From: an uncultured Candidatus Rokubacteria bacterium
GTDB taxonomy: Bacteria; Methylomirabilota; Methylomirabilia; Rokubacteriales; DASRDR01
DNA length: 64,000 nt
Direction: 5' to 3'
NCBI GenBank assembly: GCA_963708025.1
Contig: CAVPSB010000018.1
Coordinates: 384,001-448,000 of the forward strand
The position numbers were made by a program, and so were the translations under genes. Below are positions 18,031 through 26,495 of this stretch, one piece after another. How positions within the stretch are numbered: the first letter of the stretch is position 1; every line of letters begins with the position of its first letter. The notes under the pieces are model-generated. The model was not told the DNA's origin. It searched no databases and was given only the letters and a program-made list of their open reading frames with translations.

Positions 18031-20023
18031 ATTCCTTTACGGGCTGTCTGTCCTGGCCTTCGAGCTGCGACCGCATCGCCGCTGCGAAGCGGTCCACGAT
18101 CTCCGCCCCCTTGCGCACGATGACGCTATGCCCGAGCGTCCCCAGCTTTCCCAGCACGGCGATCTCGGCGGCCAGTCGCAGCACGGTCCCGCCCTCGGCG
18201 GCGTCGAGCGATACGTCGAGGTCGACCTTGACGATGCCGTCGACGCTGGCGTCGCGGCCGCCGGCCCGCGCGCGCAGGCGCTCCGGCGGCTGGACGTCCA
18301 GGACCTCGATCTCCAGCGGGAACTGGACCTTGAACGGCCCCACCCGCTCGGCGACGACGGCGGCGTAGCGCTTCCCGTCCTCGAGGACGCGCACCTCCCG
18401 CGCCCCCGGGAGGCACGCCGCCAGCCGCGGCACGTCCCAGAGAAACGCCCAGACCGCCTCCCGCGGCGCTCCGATCCGGATCTCGCGCTCGACCTTCACG
18501 GCTTCCCGGGACTCCGGGAGCGGCGCCGGGCGGAAGACGAGCGACTTGATCACCACGGGGACGATGCCCGAGACCGGCAGGGGCTCGCCGACGTCGATGT
18601 AGTCGAAGGTGGAGAGGTCCAGCTCGTCCACGGCCACCAGGTCCGGGCCGGCGCCCAGCTCCTCGACCAGGAGCCGCCCCACGAGGCGGGCGATGTCCCG
18701 GTCGAAGGCGAGCACGAGCGGCGCCGCCCGGCGCCCCAGCGCCGCCACCAGGCCCTCGCCGAGCGCCCGCAGCTCCTCGTAGCTCACCCCGAACCCCCAC
18801 CGGATCGCCAGCGCGATCGGGCCCTCGAGCCGCTCGGGGTCGTGGCCGTCCATCGCCGCCCGCACCGCCGCGGCGACCCCGGCCGCGCTCAGCGGGTCGC
18901 CCAGGCGGACCGGGAAGACCGGCAGGTTCCGGAGCTCGAGGCGGCCCGGTCCCGGGTGGAAGATCGTGCTGCCGCTGACCTGGACCGTGTACTGCGCGGC
19001 CCCGATGACCGTGGCGCGGATCCCCTCGTCGGGCTGGACCACGAGCGTGCCGAGCGAGTGCCCGTCGAGGCGCCGCCGGATCGCCTCGCCGAGCGGCCGG
19101 CCCAGGTCGCCGAAGCCGGCGCGCTCCCGGCCGTAGACGTACTCGGCGACGCCGCCGGAGAACATCAGGGCGGCGCTCGCCGCCGGGCCGGAGAGCGGCT
19201 CGGTGTGCATGAGGCGCCGGGTCAGGGGCGAGAGCGGGCGGCCCTCGATCACCTCGAAGAGGCAGTCGACCATCCGGGCGACCATGCCCTGGGCGAGCGG
19301 CGGGTCGACGCGGCCACCGACCGCGAGACGCCCGCCGGCGGCCTCGGCCAGCCAGGCGCCGGCCTCCTCGAGGCGGGCGACGCGGCCGTCCTCGTGGGCG
19401 AGGAGGCGGCCGCCCACGTTGAGCACGGCCGTGTCGACGACCTCCCCGCCCCGGCAGACCGCCAGCTTGGTCGTTCCCCCGCCGACGTCAACGTTGAGCA
19501 CGGTGCCGCCCTCCCGCGAGCGGGCGACGGCGCCGGAGCCGTGGGCGGCCATGATGGCCTCCAGCCGGGGGCCGGCGGCCGCGCACACGAACCGGCCGCC
19601 GTCCCGCGCGAAGAGCCGGAGGATCGCCTCGGCGTTCGTCTTCTTCGCCGCCTCCCCGGTGACGATCACGGCGCCGGTGTCCACCGCCTCGCGGGCGAGA
19701 CCGGCCTCCCGGTACGTCGCGTCGATGAACGCGCCCAGCCCCTCGGCGTCGATGGTGAGGGGATCGCGGTAGGGGGTCAGGAGGATCGGCGACTGGTGGA
19801 CGACCTCGCGCTCGACGACGCGGAACCGGCTGGAGAGGCTCATCCCCAGCCGGCGGAGGACGAGGCGCGAGAAGGTGAGGTGCGAGGTCGAGGAGCCGAT
19901 GTCGATACCGACGCTCGAGAGCTCGATCCGCTCCGCCGCCCAGACCGGATCCGACTCGTCCGGCAGCCCGTGGGGATCGCCCTCGTGGTCCCCGTGCTCG
20001 TGGGGATGGGGGAAGTCGTGCAT
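17930..20023 (-). CDS. EutA-like (ethanolamine ammonia-lyase reactivase family, ASKHA ATPase) protein in frame with a C-terminal CoxG/SRPBCC domain
   Basis: SVGIDIGSSTSHLTFSRL, SPILLTPY, TGAVIVTGEA, NVDVGGGTTK, FSGGVAE, IRATVIGA, VPVVIKSLVF, then with no stop VKVEREIRIGAPREAVWAFLWD...CLPGA (CoxG, GTG near 18499). Confidence 0.85.
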   Translation of the reverse strand: MHDFPHPHEHGDHEGDPHGLPDESDPVWAAERIELSSVGIDIGSSTSHLTFSRLVLRRLGMSLSSRFRVVEREVVHQSPILLTPYRDPLTIDAEGLGAFIDATYREAGLAREAVDTGAVIVTGEAAKKTNAEAILRLFARDGGRFVCAAAGPRLEAIMAAHGSGAVARSREGGTVLNVDVGGGTTKLAVCRGGEVVDTAVLNVGGRLLAHEDGRVARLEEAGAWLAEAAGGRLAVGGRVDPPLAQGMVARMVDCLFEVIEGRPLSPLTRRLMHTEPLSGPAASAALMFSGGVAEYVYGRERAGFGDLGRPLGEAIRRRLDGHSLGTLVVQPDEGIRATVIGAAQYTVQVSGSTIFHPGPGRLELRNLPVFPVRLGDPLSAAGVAAAVRAAMDGHDPERLEGPIALAIRWGFGVSYEELRALGEGLVAALGRRAAPLVLAFDRDIARLVGRLLVEELGAGPDLVAVDELDLSTFDYIDVGEPLPVSGIVPVVIKSLVFRPAPLPESREAVKVEREIRIGAPREAVWAFLWDVPRLAACLPGAREVRVLEDGKRYAAVVAERVGPFKVQFPLEIEVLDVQPPERLRARAGGRDASVDGIVKVDLDVSLDAAEGGTVLRLAAEIAVLGKLGTLGHSVIVRKGAEIVDRFAAAMRSQLEGQDRQPVKESVSPAPPSPPPQAEGRPTVGGGGPEAEGRRRIG

Positions 20024-21087
20024 CAGCGACGCGCGACGGCCGGCATGCGGCTCTTCACCCCCACCTTGCCGAGCTCGGTCTCGAACAGCTCGCGGACCGC
20101 CGGGTCCTCGTCCTCGTACTCGATCTGGTTGCCGCCGGTGGCCCGGTCCTGGGCGAGCGTGTCGTGCTTGTCGTCCATCTTGTGCTTGACGCTCCCCCAG
20201 CGGATCGCCAGGTAGCGGGCAGGGGCGGCCCCGGCGTTGAAGTGCTGGTGCCACCAGTAGTCGGGCGGCACGAAGACGCTCCCCTCGTGCCAGTCCACCT
20301 TCGTCCACCGGGCACCGTCCGGCCAGAGCAGGGAATAGCCGGTGCCGCTCAGGGTGATCACGTTGGCCCCCGGCCCGTGGCGGTGCGCCTTCTTGTAGGT
20401 CCCGACCGGGAACTCCGAGATGTGGGCGATCAGCGTGTTGTTGGCCAGCTCGAACATGACGTTGCTGCCGCCGGCGCCGCGCTCCTTCCACTCCATCAGC
20501 TGGAACCGCGCGACGTCGGGGATGAAGTTCGCCTCCCAGATCCGGCTGGCCAGGAACGTGCCCTTGCCGCTGAACGTCTCGGCCTCTCCGGTGAAGCGGT
20601 CGCGGAAGACGAAGGGGTTGTCGAAGACGAACTCCTGGTTGTGGAAGAGGTTCATGACCAGCGGCGCCGTGGTCACCGCGTAGTAGCGGGCGGCCTCCGC
20701 TCCCGAGGCGTTGAAGTGCTGGTAGAACGCGTTCAGGGGGATCGCGAAGAGGCTGCCGGCCTGCCACTCGAAGGTGACCCGGGGGCCATTCTCGATCCAC
20801 ACCGCGGTGGCGCCCCGCCCGGCCAGGACGTAGACGACCTCTTCGTAGAGGTGGCGCTGCGGCGCCAGCTTGCCGCCGGGGGGGATCTCGCACACGTAGG
20901 CGGCGTTGGTCCCCCCGGTGCCCTCCATGTCGATGAAGGCCGCGCGTCCGCCGGTGCGCGCCCACGGCTGGACCTTCACCGTGCGGAGGTCCTCGACGTG
21001 GAAGCCGCTCACCACCGGCAGCCCTTCGGCAGCCTGCCACTGCTGATAGCTGGTGCGCATCGTGGCCGGGCTGTTCGAGATCGGCAT
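20023..21087 (-). CDS. Bicupin protein, distantly gentisate 1,2-dioxygenase-like
   Basis: Two cupin repeats: PQRHLYEEVVYVLAGRG...YQHFN and KKAHRHGPGA...WWHQHFN. Stop overlaps the EutA-like ATG. Confidence 0.85.
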   Translation of the reverse strand: MPISNSPATMRTSYQQWQAAEGLPVVSGFHVEDLRTVKVQPWARTGGRAAFIDMEGTGGTNAAYVCEIPPGGKLAPQRHLYEEVVYVLAGRGATAVWIENGPRVTFEWQAGSLFAIPLNAFYQHFNASGAEAARYYAVTTAPLVMNLFHNQEFVFDNPFVFRDRFTGEAETFSGKGTFLASRIWEANFIPDVARFQLMEWKERGAGGSNVMFELANNTLIAHISEFPVGTYKKAHRHGPGANVITLSGTGYSLLWPDGARWTKVDWHEGSVFVPPDYWWHQHFNAGAAPARYLAIRWGSVKHKMDDKHDTLAQDRATGGNQIEYEDEDPAVRELFETELGKVGVKSRMPAVARR

Positions 21088-21127
21088 GCACGCCTCCCGA
21101 GGCTGACTGGTCGGAGCCGAGCGCTTT

Positions 21128-21157
21128 ATGGTAGGGTACTGCGCGCGAAAGCGTCAA
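21128..21157 (-). promoter_or_regulatory. Sigma70-like promoter for the cupin/EutA/Mo-hydroxylase operon
   Basis: TTGACG-N18-TACCAT on the minus strand, 40 nt upstream of ATG 21087, which has a GGAGG RBS. Confidence 0.55.
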
Positions 21158-21171
21158 GGCGACCCCGACCC

Positions 21172-22140
21172 ATGGCGACACTCCATCTGACGCTGGCCTG
21201 TGGCGACTACGACCGCGCGCTCGCGCTCAAGACCGGCGCCGTGCGGCCGGACGGCGTCGAGCTCGAGGTGCTGAATCTCACCCCGGAAGAGACGTTCTAT
21301 CGCATGGGTCGGTTCCGCGAGTTCGACGTCTCGGAGTTCTCGCTGTCCACCTACACCGTGCTCCGGGGTCGTGGCGAACCCATCGTCGCCATCCCGGTGT
21401 TCCCGTCGTTCATGTTCCGCCACGGCGCCGTCTTCGTGCGCGACGACGCGGGCATCCGGGAGCCCGGCGACCTCCGCGGCAAGCGCGTCGGCGTGCCGAA
21501 GTACCACATGACCGCCGCGGTGTGGGTGCGGGGCATCCTCGAGGACGAGTACGGGCTGGCGCCCAGGGACTGCCTCTGGTTCGAGGGCGGCGAGGGAACG
21601 AAGGTCAAGGAGGTGGACGTGACGCTGCCGCCGGAGATCCGGCGGGAGACGGTGGCTGGCGACCGGAACCTCGGGGACATGGTGGCCGCGGGCGAGCTGG
21701 ACGCCTTCATCGGCGCCCGCCGGCCCGCCGCCTTCGGCACCGGGCGCGTCCGCCGGCTCTTCCCCGATTTTCGGCGGGCCGAGCGGGCGTACTACGAGAA
21801 GACCAGGATCTTTCCGATCATGCACACCGTCGTGCTGCGGGAGGAGCTGGCCCGGGAGCATCCGTGGCTCCCCCAGAGCCTCTACCGCGCCTTCGTCGAG
21901 GCCAAGCTCCGCGCCTACCGGCGCCTGGACGAGTCGGCCGCCCTGCCGTACGCGGTGCCGTGGCTCATGGCCGAGGTCGAGGAAACGCGGGCGCTCATGG
22001 GCGACGACCCGTTCCCCTACGGCGTCGCCCGGAACCGCAAGACCCTGGAGACGCTGGCCGGCTACACCTTCCGCCAGGGGCTCGCCCCGCGCCGCCTGAC
22101 GATCGAGGAGATGTTCTCGGAGTCGACCCTCGGCACCTAA
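21172..22140 (+). CDS. 4,5-dihydroxyphthalate decarboxylase-like protein (periplasmic-binding-protein fold)
   Basis: LTLACGDYDR, FDVSEFSLS, IPVFPSFMFRH, LRGKRVGVPKYHMTAAVWVRGIL, IFPIMH, PYGVARNR. Confidence 0.85.
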   Translation: MATLHLTLACGDYDRALALKTGAVRPDGVELEVLNLTPEETFYRMGRFREFDVSEFSLSTYTVLRGRGEPIVAIPVFPSFMFRHGAVFVRDDAGIREPGDLRGKRVGVPKYHMTAAVWVRGILEDEYGLAPRDCLWFEGGEGTKVKEVDVTLPPEIRRETVAGDRNLGDMVAAGELDAFIGARRPAAFGTGRVRRLFPDFRRAERAYYEKTRIFPIMHTVVLREELAREHPWLPQSLYRAFVEAKLRAYRRLDESAALPYAVPWLMAEVEETRALMGDDPFPYGVARNRKTLETLAGYTFRQGLAPRRLTIEEMFSESTLGT

Positions 22141-22263
22141 GATCCGGCGTCCCAGTGCCGGCGCCTCCGATTCCCCCGCCGGTCGGTTTCTCGCAACCCT
22201 CTGGCTCTGGTCGCGCGGCCCTGGTGTTCCGCTTCGAGCCGCGGCTTCGCCGCGGCCTCCGAG

Positions 22264-22305
22264 GGGGGGGCATCGGGGGGGTCTTCCGAGACCCCTCCGA
22301 AGGTC
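22264..22305. repeat. Short hairpin repeat; second copy at 48999-49040
   Basis: GGGGGGCATCGGGGGGGTCTTCCGAGACCCCTCCGAAG, abutting a minus-strand stop codon. Confidence 0.7.
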
Positions 22306-23136
22306 TCAGCCGCTCAGCGACTCGATCGCCCGGACCTCGTCGTCGGAGAGCGTCAGCTCGTGGCTGGCCAGGTCCTGCTGCATGTGCTCGGCGTCGGTGG
22401 TGCCGGTCAGCGGCAGCATCCCGACCGCCTGCGCGAAGCGGAACACGACCTGGGCCCGCGTGGCCCGGCCTCGCGCGGCGATGCCGCCGACCAGCGGGTG
22501 GCCCAGCACCTCCGGGTTGGCGGTGAGCAGCGAGAAGCCCTGGTAGACGATCTGCCGATCCTCGCAGAACGATCGAACGTCGCGGTCCCAGCCGAGGCGG
22601 GCGAAGCAGCGGTTCTGCACGAAGGTGGGGGCCTCGGCGCCGGTCCGCGCCATCTGCTCGAGGTGTCGCAGGGAGACGTTGCTCACGCCGAGGAACCTCG
22701 TGCGCCCGGCGTCGCGCTCCCGTAGCATCGCCTTCCAGACCTGCCCGTCGTCCTCGGTCCAGCCGCGTCCGGACGCGGGCCCATGCAGCACGTAGCTGTC
22801 GACGTGGTCGGTTCCGAGGTGCTCCAGCGAGCTGGCCATCGACTGGGCGACCTGGGTGGCGAGGTCGGCCGCGGGATCGTAGGGCAGCCGGTGGTCCTGG
22901 CCGGCCTGATAGGTGAATTTCGATTGCAGGAAGAGATCCGCGCGCGTGACGACGCCGGCGCGGTACGCCGCGGCCAGCCCCTGGCCGACGCCGGCCTCGA
23001 AGTAGTGTCGCCGCTGATTCGCGGTGTCGATGCCCCGGAAGCCCGTCCGGAGCGCGAGCTCGGTCAGCGCCGGGGTCCGGTCCTCCTTCCACGCGGTGCC
23101 GTAGAGGAAACGGACGGCAGGTGGGGTCGGAGCCAT
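22306..23136 (-). CDS. Aldo/keto reductase
   Basis: YGTAWK, GFRGIDTAN, LFLQSKF, SLEHLGTDHVDSYVLHGP, LGVSN. Confidence 0.9.
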   Translation of the reverse strand: MAPTPPAVRFLYGTAWKEDRTPALTELALRTGFRGIDTANQRRHYFEAGVGQGLAAAYRAGVVTRADLFLQSKFTYQAGQDHRLPYDPAADLATQVAQSMASSLEHLGTDHVDSYVLHGPASGRGWTEDDGQVWKAMLRERDAGRTRFLGVSNVSLRHLEQMARTGAEAPTFVQNRCFARLGWDRDVRSFCEDRQIVYQGFSLLTANPEVLGHPLVGGIAARGRATRAQVVFRFAQAVGMLPLTGTTDAEHMQQDLASHELTLSDDEVRAIESLSG

Positions 23137-23228
23137 GGCTGCAGATCCTAGCAGCAGCGCGGAGGTGACACCAGGGCCCTCGGCCGGCCCCCCTCGGCGG
23201 CTATAATCGCCGCGGGACTGGGTCAGGA

Positions 23229-24221
23229 ATGGCCGAGCGCGTGCGCGTTGACATCCGTGTCCCGGTGGGCTTGCCGATGGGGCCGCTCGCCGACTTCATC
23301 GCGCGCTGCGAGGACGCCGGCTTCGACGGGGTGGGCGTCCACGATCACCCCCACAGCGGCCGCGACGCCTACGTGACCCTGGCACTCGCCGCCGCCCGGA
23401 CCCGGCGGCTCCGGCTCTATCCGGCGACCTCGAGCCCCGTCGTGCGCCACCCGGTGCTGCTCGCGTCCCTGGTCCAGAGTCTCGACGAGATCGCGCCCGG
23501 GCGGATCTGCCTGACGCTCGCGCCGGGCTTCCTTTCGGCGCGCAGCGTCGGCCGGCCGCGCGCCACGCTGGCGACGATGCGCGAGGCCGTCCTGTCGGTC
23601 CGCCGGCTCCTGGCCGGGGAGGCGATGTCGATCGGCGCCTCCGCGACCCGGCTCCGGAACGTTCCCTCCCGGCCCGTTCCCGTGTACCTGCTGGCCGCGG
23701 GCCCACGCATGGTCGAGCTGGCGGGAGAGGTCGCCGACGGCGCGTTGATCCTGGCCGGCGTTCACGCCGGCGCGGTCCGGGCGGCGCGGGAGCACCTCCA
23801 GGAAGGGGCGCGACGGGCGGGACGCTCGCTGACCGGGTTTCCGCTCGTCTTCATCGTTCCCATCGCCCTGGAGGCGACGGTCGAGGCGGCCCGTCAGTGG
23901 CCGCGCCGGTGGTTCGCCCCGGGACACCCGTGGCTGACCTACCCGAGCGCGTCCAACCTGTACTGGCTGCGCCGCGCCGGGCTCGAGCTCCCGGCCGCGC
24001 CGGAGCCCGAGGCGATCTCCGAGGACCTCGCCGCCCGCGTCGCCGACGCCTTCGGGCTCTTCGGCCCGCCCGAGCACTGCCGCGAGCGGCTCTTGCGGGC
24101 CCGGGAGGAGGCGGGGATCGAGCACGTCTTCCTCTTCCCGGCCCACACCCTGGAGGGGGGCTACGACATGCCCGCCCGCGAGGTCGAGGCGTTCCAGCGC
24201 GTGATCCGGCCGGGGCTCTAG
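23229..24221 (+). CDS. LLM-class flavin/F420-dependent oxidoreductase
   Basis: EDAGFDGVGVHD, RHPVLLAS, APGR, PVYLLAAGPRMVELAGEVADG; TATAAT at 23202. Confidence 0.88.
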   Translation: MAERVRVDIRVPVGLPMGPLADFIARCEDAGFDGVGVHDHPHSGRDAYVTLALAAARTRRLRLYPATSSPVVRHPVLLASLVQSLDEIAPGRICLTLAPGFLSARSVGRPRATLATMREAVLSVRRLLAGEAMSIGASATRLRNVPSRPVPVYLLAAGPRMVELAGEVADGALILAGVHAGAVRAAREHLQEGARRAGRSLTGFPLVFIVPIALEATVEAARQWPRRWFAPGHPWLTYPSASNLYWLRRAGLELPAAPEPEAISEDLAARVADAFGLFGPPEHCRERLLRAREEAGIEHVFLFPAHTLEGGYDMPAREVEAFQRVIRPGL

Positions 24222-24292
24222 CTGCCCGCTCGGCCAGGACGCCGCCCGTCCGATCTTCCGGGCGCTGCTCCCGGCCGACGGACGCGCGGGGC

Positions 24293-24859
24293 CTATTCCG
24301 TGGCTCTCACCTCTCCGAGGCGCTGGCGCAGAGGCTCCGGGAGCTGGGCTTCTAGCTCCTTCGTGATGAGCCCGACGGCATCCAGGTCCTGGACGTGGAC
24401 GCGGTCCTTCAGACGATAGCTCGTGAGCTTCATTCGAACGAGGTCCGCCACGGGTGCGAGGAGAACGCCTTCCCGGGTCCGGACGGGCGGCGAGAAGCCA
24501 GGGACCGGCTCGAGGTAGTCGGGACGCACTTTCTCGCGCACGAAGACCAGGTGCACGGCGCTCCGCGCACTCGGCTCCCTGGCGTCGACGAGCATGTCCA
24601 CGCCGGCGGCGTGACGATACGCGAAGCCGGAGGGCCGGACAGCCTCGATGATCGCTCCGAGTTGCGCACGGTCGACGGCGACGTCGACGTCCCGGGTCGA
24701 CCGCGCGGCGAGGGGGTCGCGATCGGACACGTGGAAGAAGACCGCCAGGCCGCCGATCAGCCGATATTCGATCCGCGCCTGGTCCAAGGCCCGGGCCAGG
24801 CGTCGTACGGTGTCGAAGAGTTGCTCCACGTGTCGATCGTAAGCGGCGATTGTCGGCAC
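24293..24859 (-). CDS. Nucleotidyltransferase-fold hypothetical protein
   Basis: YRLIGGLAV...STRDVDV...DLVRMKLTSYRLKDRVHVQDL; codon usage less GC-biased than neighbours. Confidence 0.7.
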   Translation of the reverse strand: MPTIAAYDRHVEQLFDTVRRLARALDQARIEYRLIGGLAVFFHVSDRDPLAARSTRDVDVAVDRAQLGAIIEAVRPSGFAYRHAAGVDMLVDAREPSARSAVHLVFVREKVRPDYLEPVPGFSPPVRTREGVLLAPVADLVRMKLTSYRLKDRVHVQDLDAVGLITKELEAQLPEPLRQRLGEVRATE

Positions 24860-24911
24860 GGCGTCAGGGCGATTATCTCATGGTTACGCTGGGCTCCCCG
24901 ACCGAGCAGGG

Positions 24912-25472
24912 TCACTTGTCCAGCCAGACCTCCTGCATGCGGCCGTAGTTGTAGATCGACTGGTGGGGGACCAGGTTCTTCAGCCGGACGCCCACGGCCG
25001 CCAGCGCCTCGAAGTCGTCCTCCACGAGCCCCGGCACCAGGAGGAGGGTGCCGGCGTGCACCCTGACGCCGGACGGGCGGTGGTTGTCCCAGCAGCGCCT
25101 GGCCAGGTGGGCGAGCGCGACGGCCGTGCGGGCGTCGGGCGGCGTCGGCAGCCCGGGCAGGTGGAGCTCGCCCGCCGAGACGAGCGCGGTGACCCCGCCG
25201 TGGAGGTAGTGCGTGATCCAGCCGAGCGCGTTCTGGGCCGGGGTGAAGTCGCCGAACGTCGGATGGGAGTGGGAGTCGATCAGCCCCGGGATGGCGGTGG
25301 TGCCGCGGGCGTCGATGACGACGCCGGCGGTCCGGCTCAGGCTCGATCCGATCTCGCGGATCCGGCCGTCCTCGATGAAGATCGAGTCGGCGCGCCGGAG
25401 GGGGCGGGTGTGGTCCCCCGTCACCAGCGCGCCGATGTTCCGGATCAGGCAGGTGGGGGCGGCCGGGCTCAC
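24912..25472 (-). pseudogene. Truncated enamidase-like amidohydrolase ending in an unrelated C-terminal tail
   Basis: GTG 25472 overlaps the upstream stop; PGLIDSHSHPTFGD, GVTALVSAGELHLPG. Only ~186 aa, ending KNLVPHQSIYNYGRMQEVWLDK. Confidence 0.7.
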
Positions 25473-26479
25473 GACGTGACGGCGCCGGCCGGGCGCAGGA
25501 TCTCCTCGGCGATCATCTGGAGGTACTCGACGCGCGCCTTGACCTCGCGCGGCAGGCTGTAGATCGTGAAGCCGACCCCGTTGACGCCCATGGCCCGGGC
25601 CCGCGCCAGCGTCTCCACGCAGTCGGCCGGGGTCCCAGCGACGGTCCAGCTCTCGAGCGGGACGTCGAAGCCGAGCTGGAGCTCCATCATCGTCGGCTCC
25701 TGCATCTCCCACGCGCGGTACATGGCGAAGGTCTTCTCGAGGTAGGCCCGGGCGGTGGCCGCCGCCGCCTCCCGGCTCGGGCCGACGATCAGGGCGCGGG
25801 ACGCGCACACGGTCCCCGGCGTCGCCGCGCCCGCGGCCTGCCGCGCCTCGCGGAAGACCGGGGTCAGCGTGGCGACCGCGTCCCAGGCGAGCTGGGGGCC
25901 GAAGAAGACGCCGTCGGTCAGCCGCGCCGCGCGGCGGGTGGCGCCGACGCTCTGGGCGCCCATCTCGAGCGGCGGGTGGGGACGCTGGCAGGGCGTGAAG
26001 CCGAGCCGCCCGGCGGTCACGCGGGTGTACCGGCCCTCGAACGTCACCTCCTCGCCCGCCCAGAGCCGCTTCATCAGCCCGAGCGATTCCTCGAGCTTCG
26101 GCACCCGGTCCTTGCGGTCGAGCCCGGCGGCCTCCAGCTCCTTCTCGCGGTAGCCGATGGCCACGCCCACGTCCAGCCGCCCGTGGGTGATGTGGTCGAG
26201 GGTGACGATGTTCTCCGCGGCCTCCACCGGGTTCACGAGCGGCAGCAGGAGCATCGAGGTCTTCAGGCGCATCCGGCCCGTCTCCGGCGCCAGCCGCGCC
26301 AGCACCGGGAACGGCTGCGGCCACACGGTCGGATGCGAGAGGGCGTGGTGGCCGATCGAGACCCAGGCGAAGCCCATCGGGGCCGCGGCGGCGACGACCT
26401 CGATCGCCTCGTCGATGATCCGGGTGGGGTGACGGTCGGTCGGGCTCCAGAACGGCGTGAGGTGGAAGCCGATGCGCAT
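25469..26479 (-). CDS. LLM-class flavin-dependent oxidoreductase
   Basis: NPVEAAENIVTLDHITHGRLDVGVAIGYREKE, QRPHPP, RRAARLTDG. Confidence 0.9.
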   Translation of the reverse strand: MRIGFHLTPFWSPTDRHPTRIIDEAIEVVAAAAPMGFAWVSIGHHALSHPTVWPQPFPVLARLAPETGRMRLKTSMLLLPLVNPVEAAENIVTLDHITHGRLDVGVAIGYREKELEAAGLDRKDRVPKLEESLGLMKRLWAGEEVTFEGRYTRVTAGRLGFTPCQRPHPPLEMGAQSVGATRRAARLTDGVFFGPQLAWDAVATLTPVFREARQAAGAATPGTVCASRALIVGPSREAAAATARAYLEKTFAMYRAWEMQEPTMMELQLGFDVPLESWTVAGTPADCVETLARARAMGVNGVGFTIYSLPREVKARVEYLQMIAEEILRPAGAVTS

Positions 26480-26495
26480 CGACTTCCCGAAGACG

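Noticed and set aside
18500-20023. Ethanolamine utilisation (eut) locus
   Set aside because: No eutB/eutC, microcompartment shell or cobalamin genes in the window.
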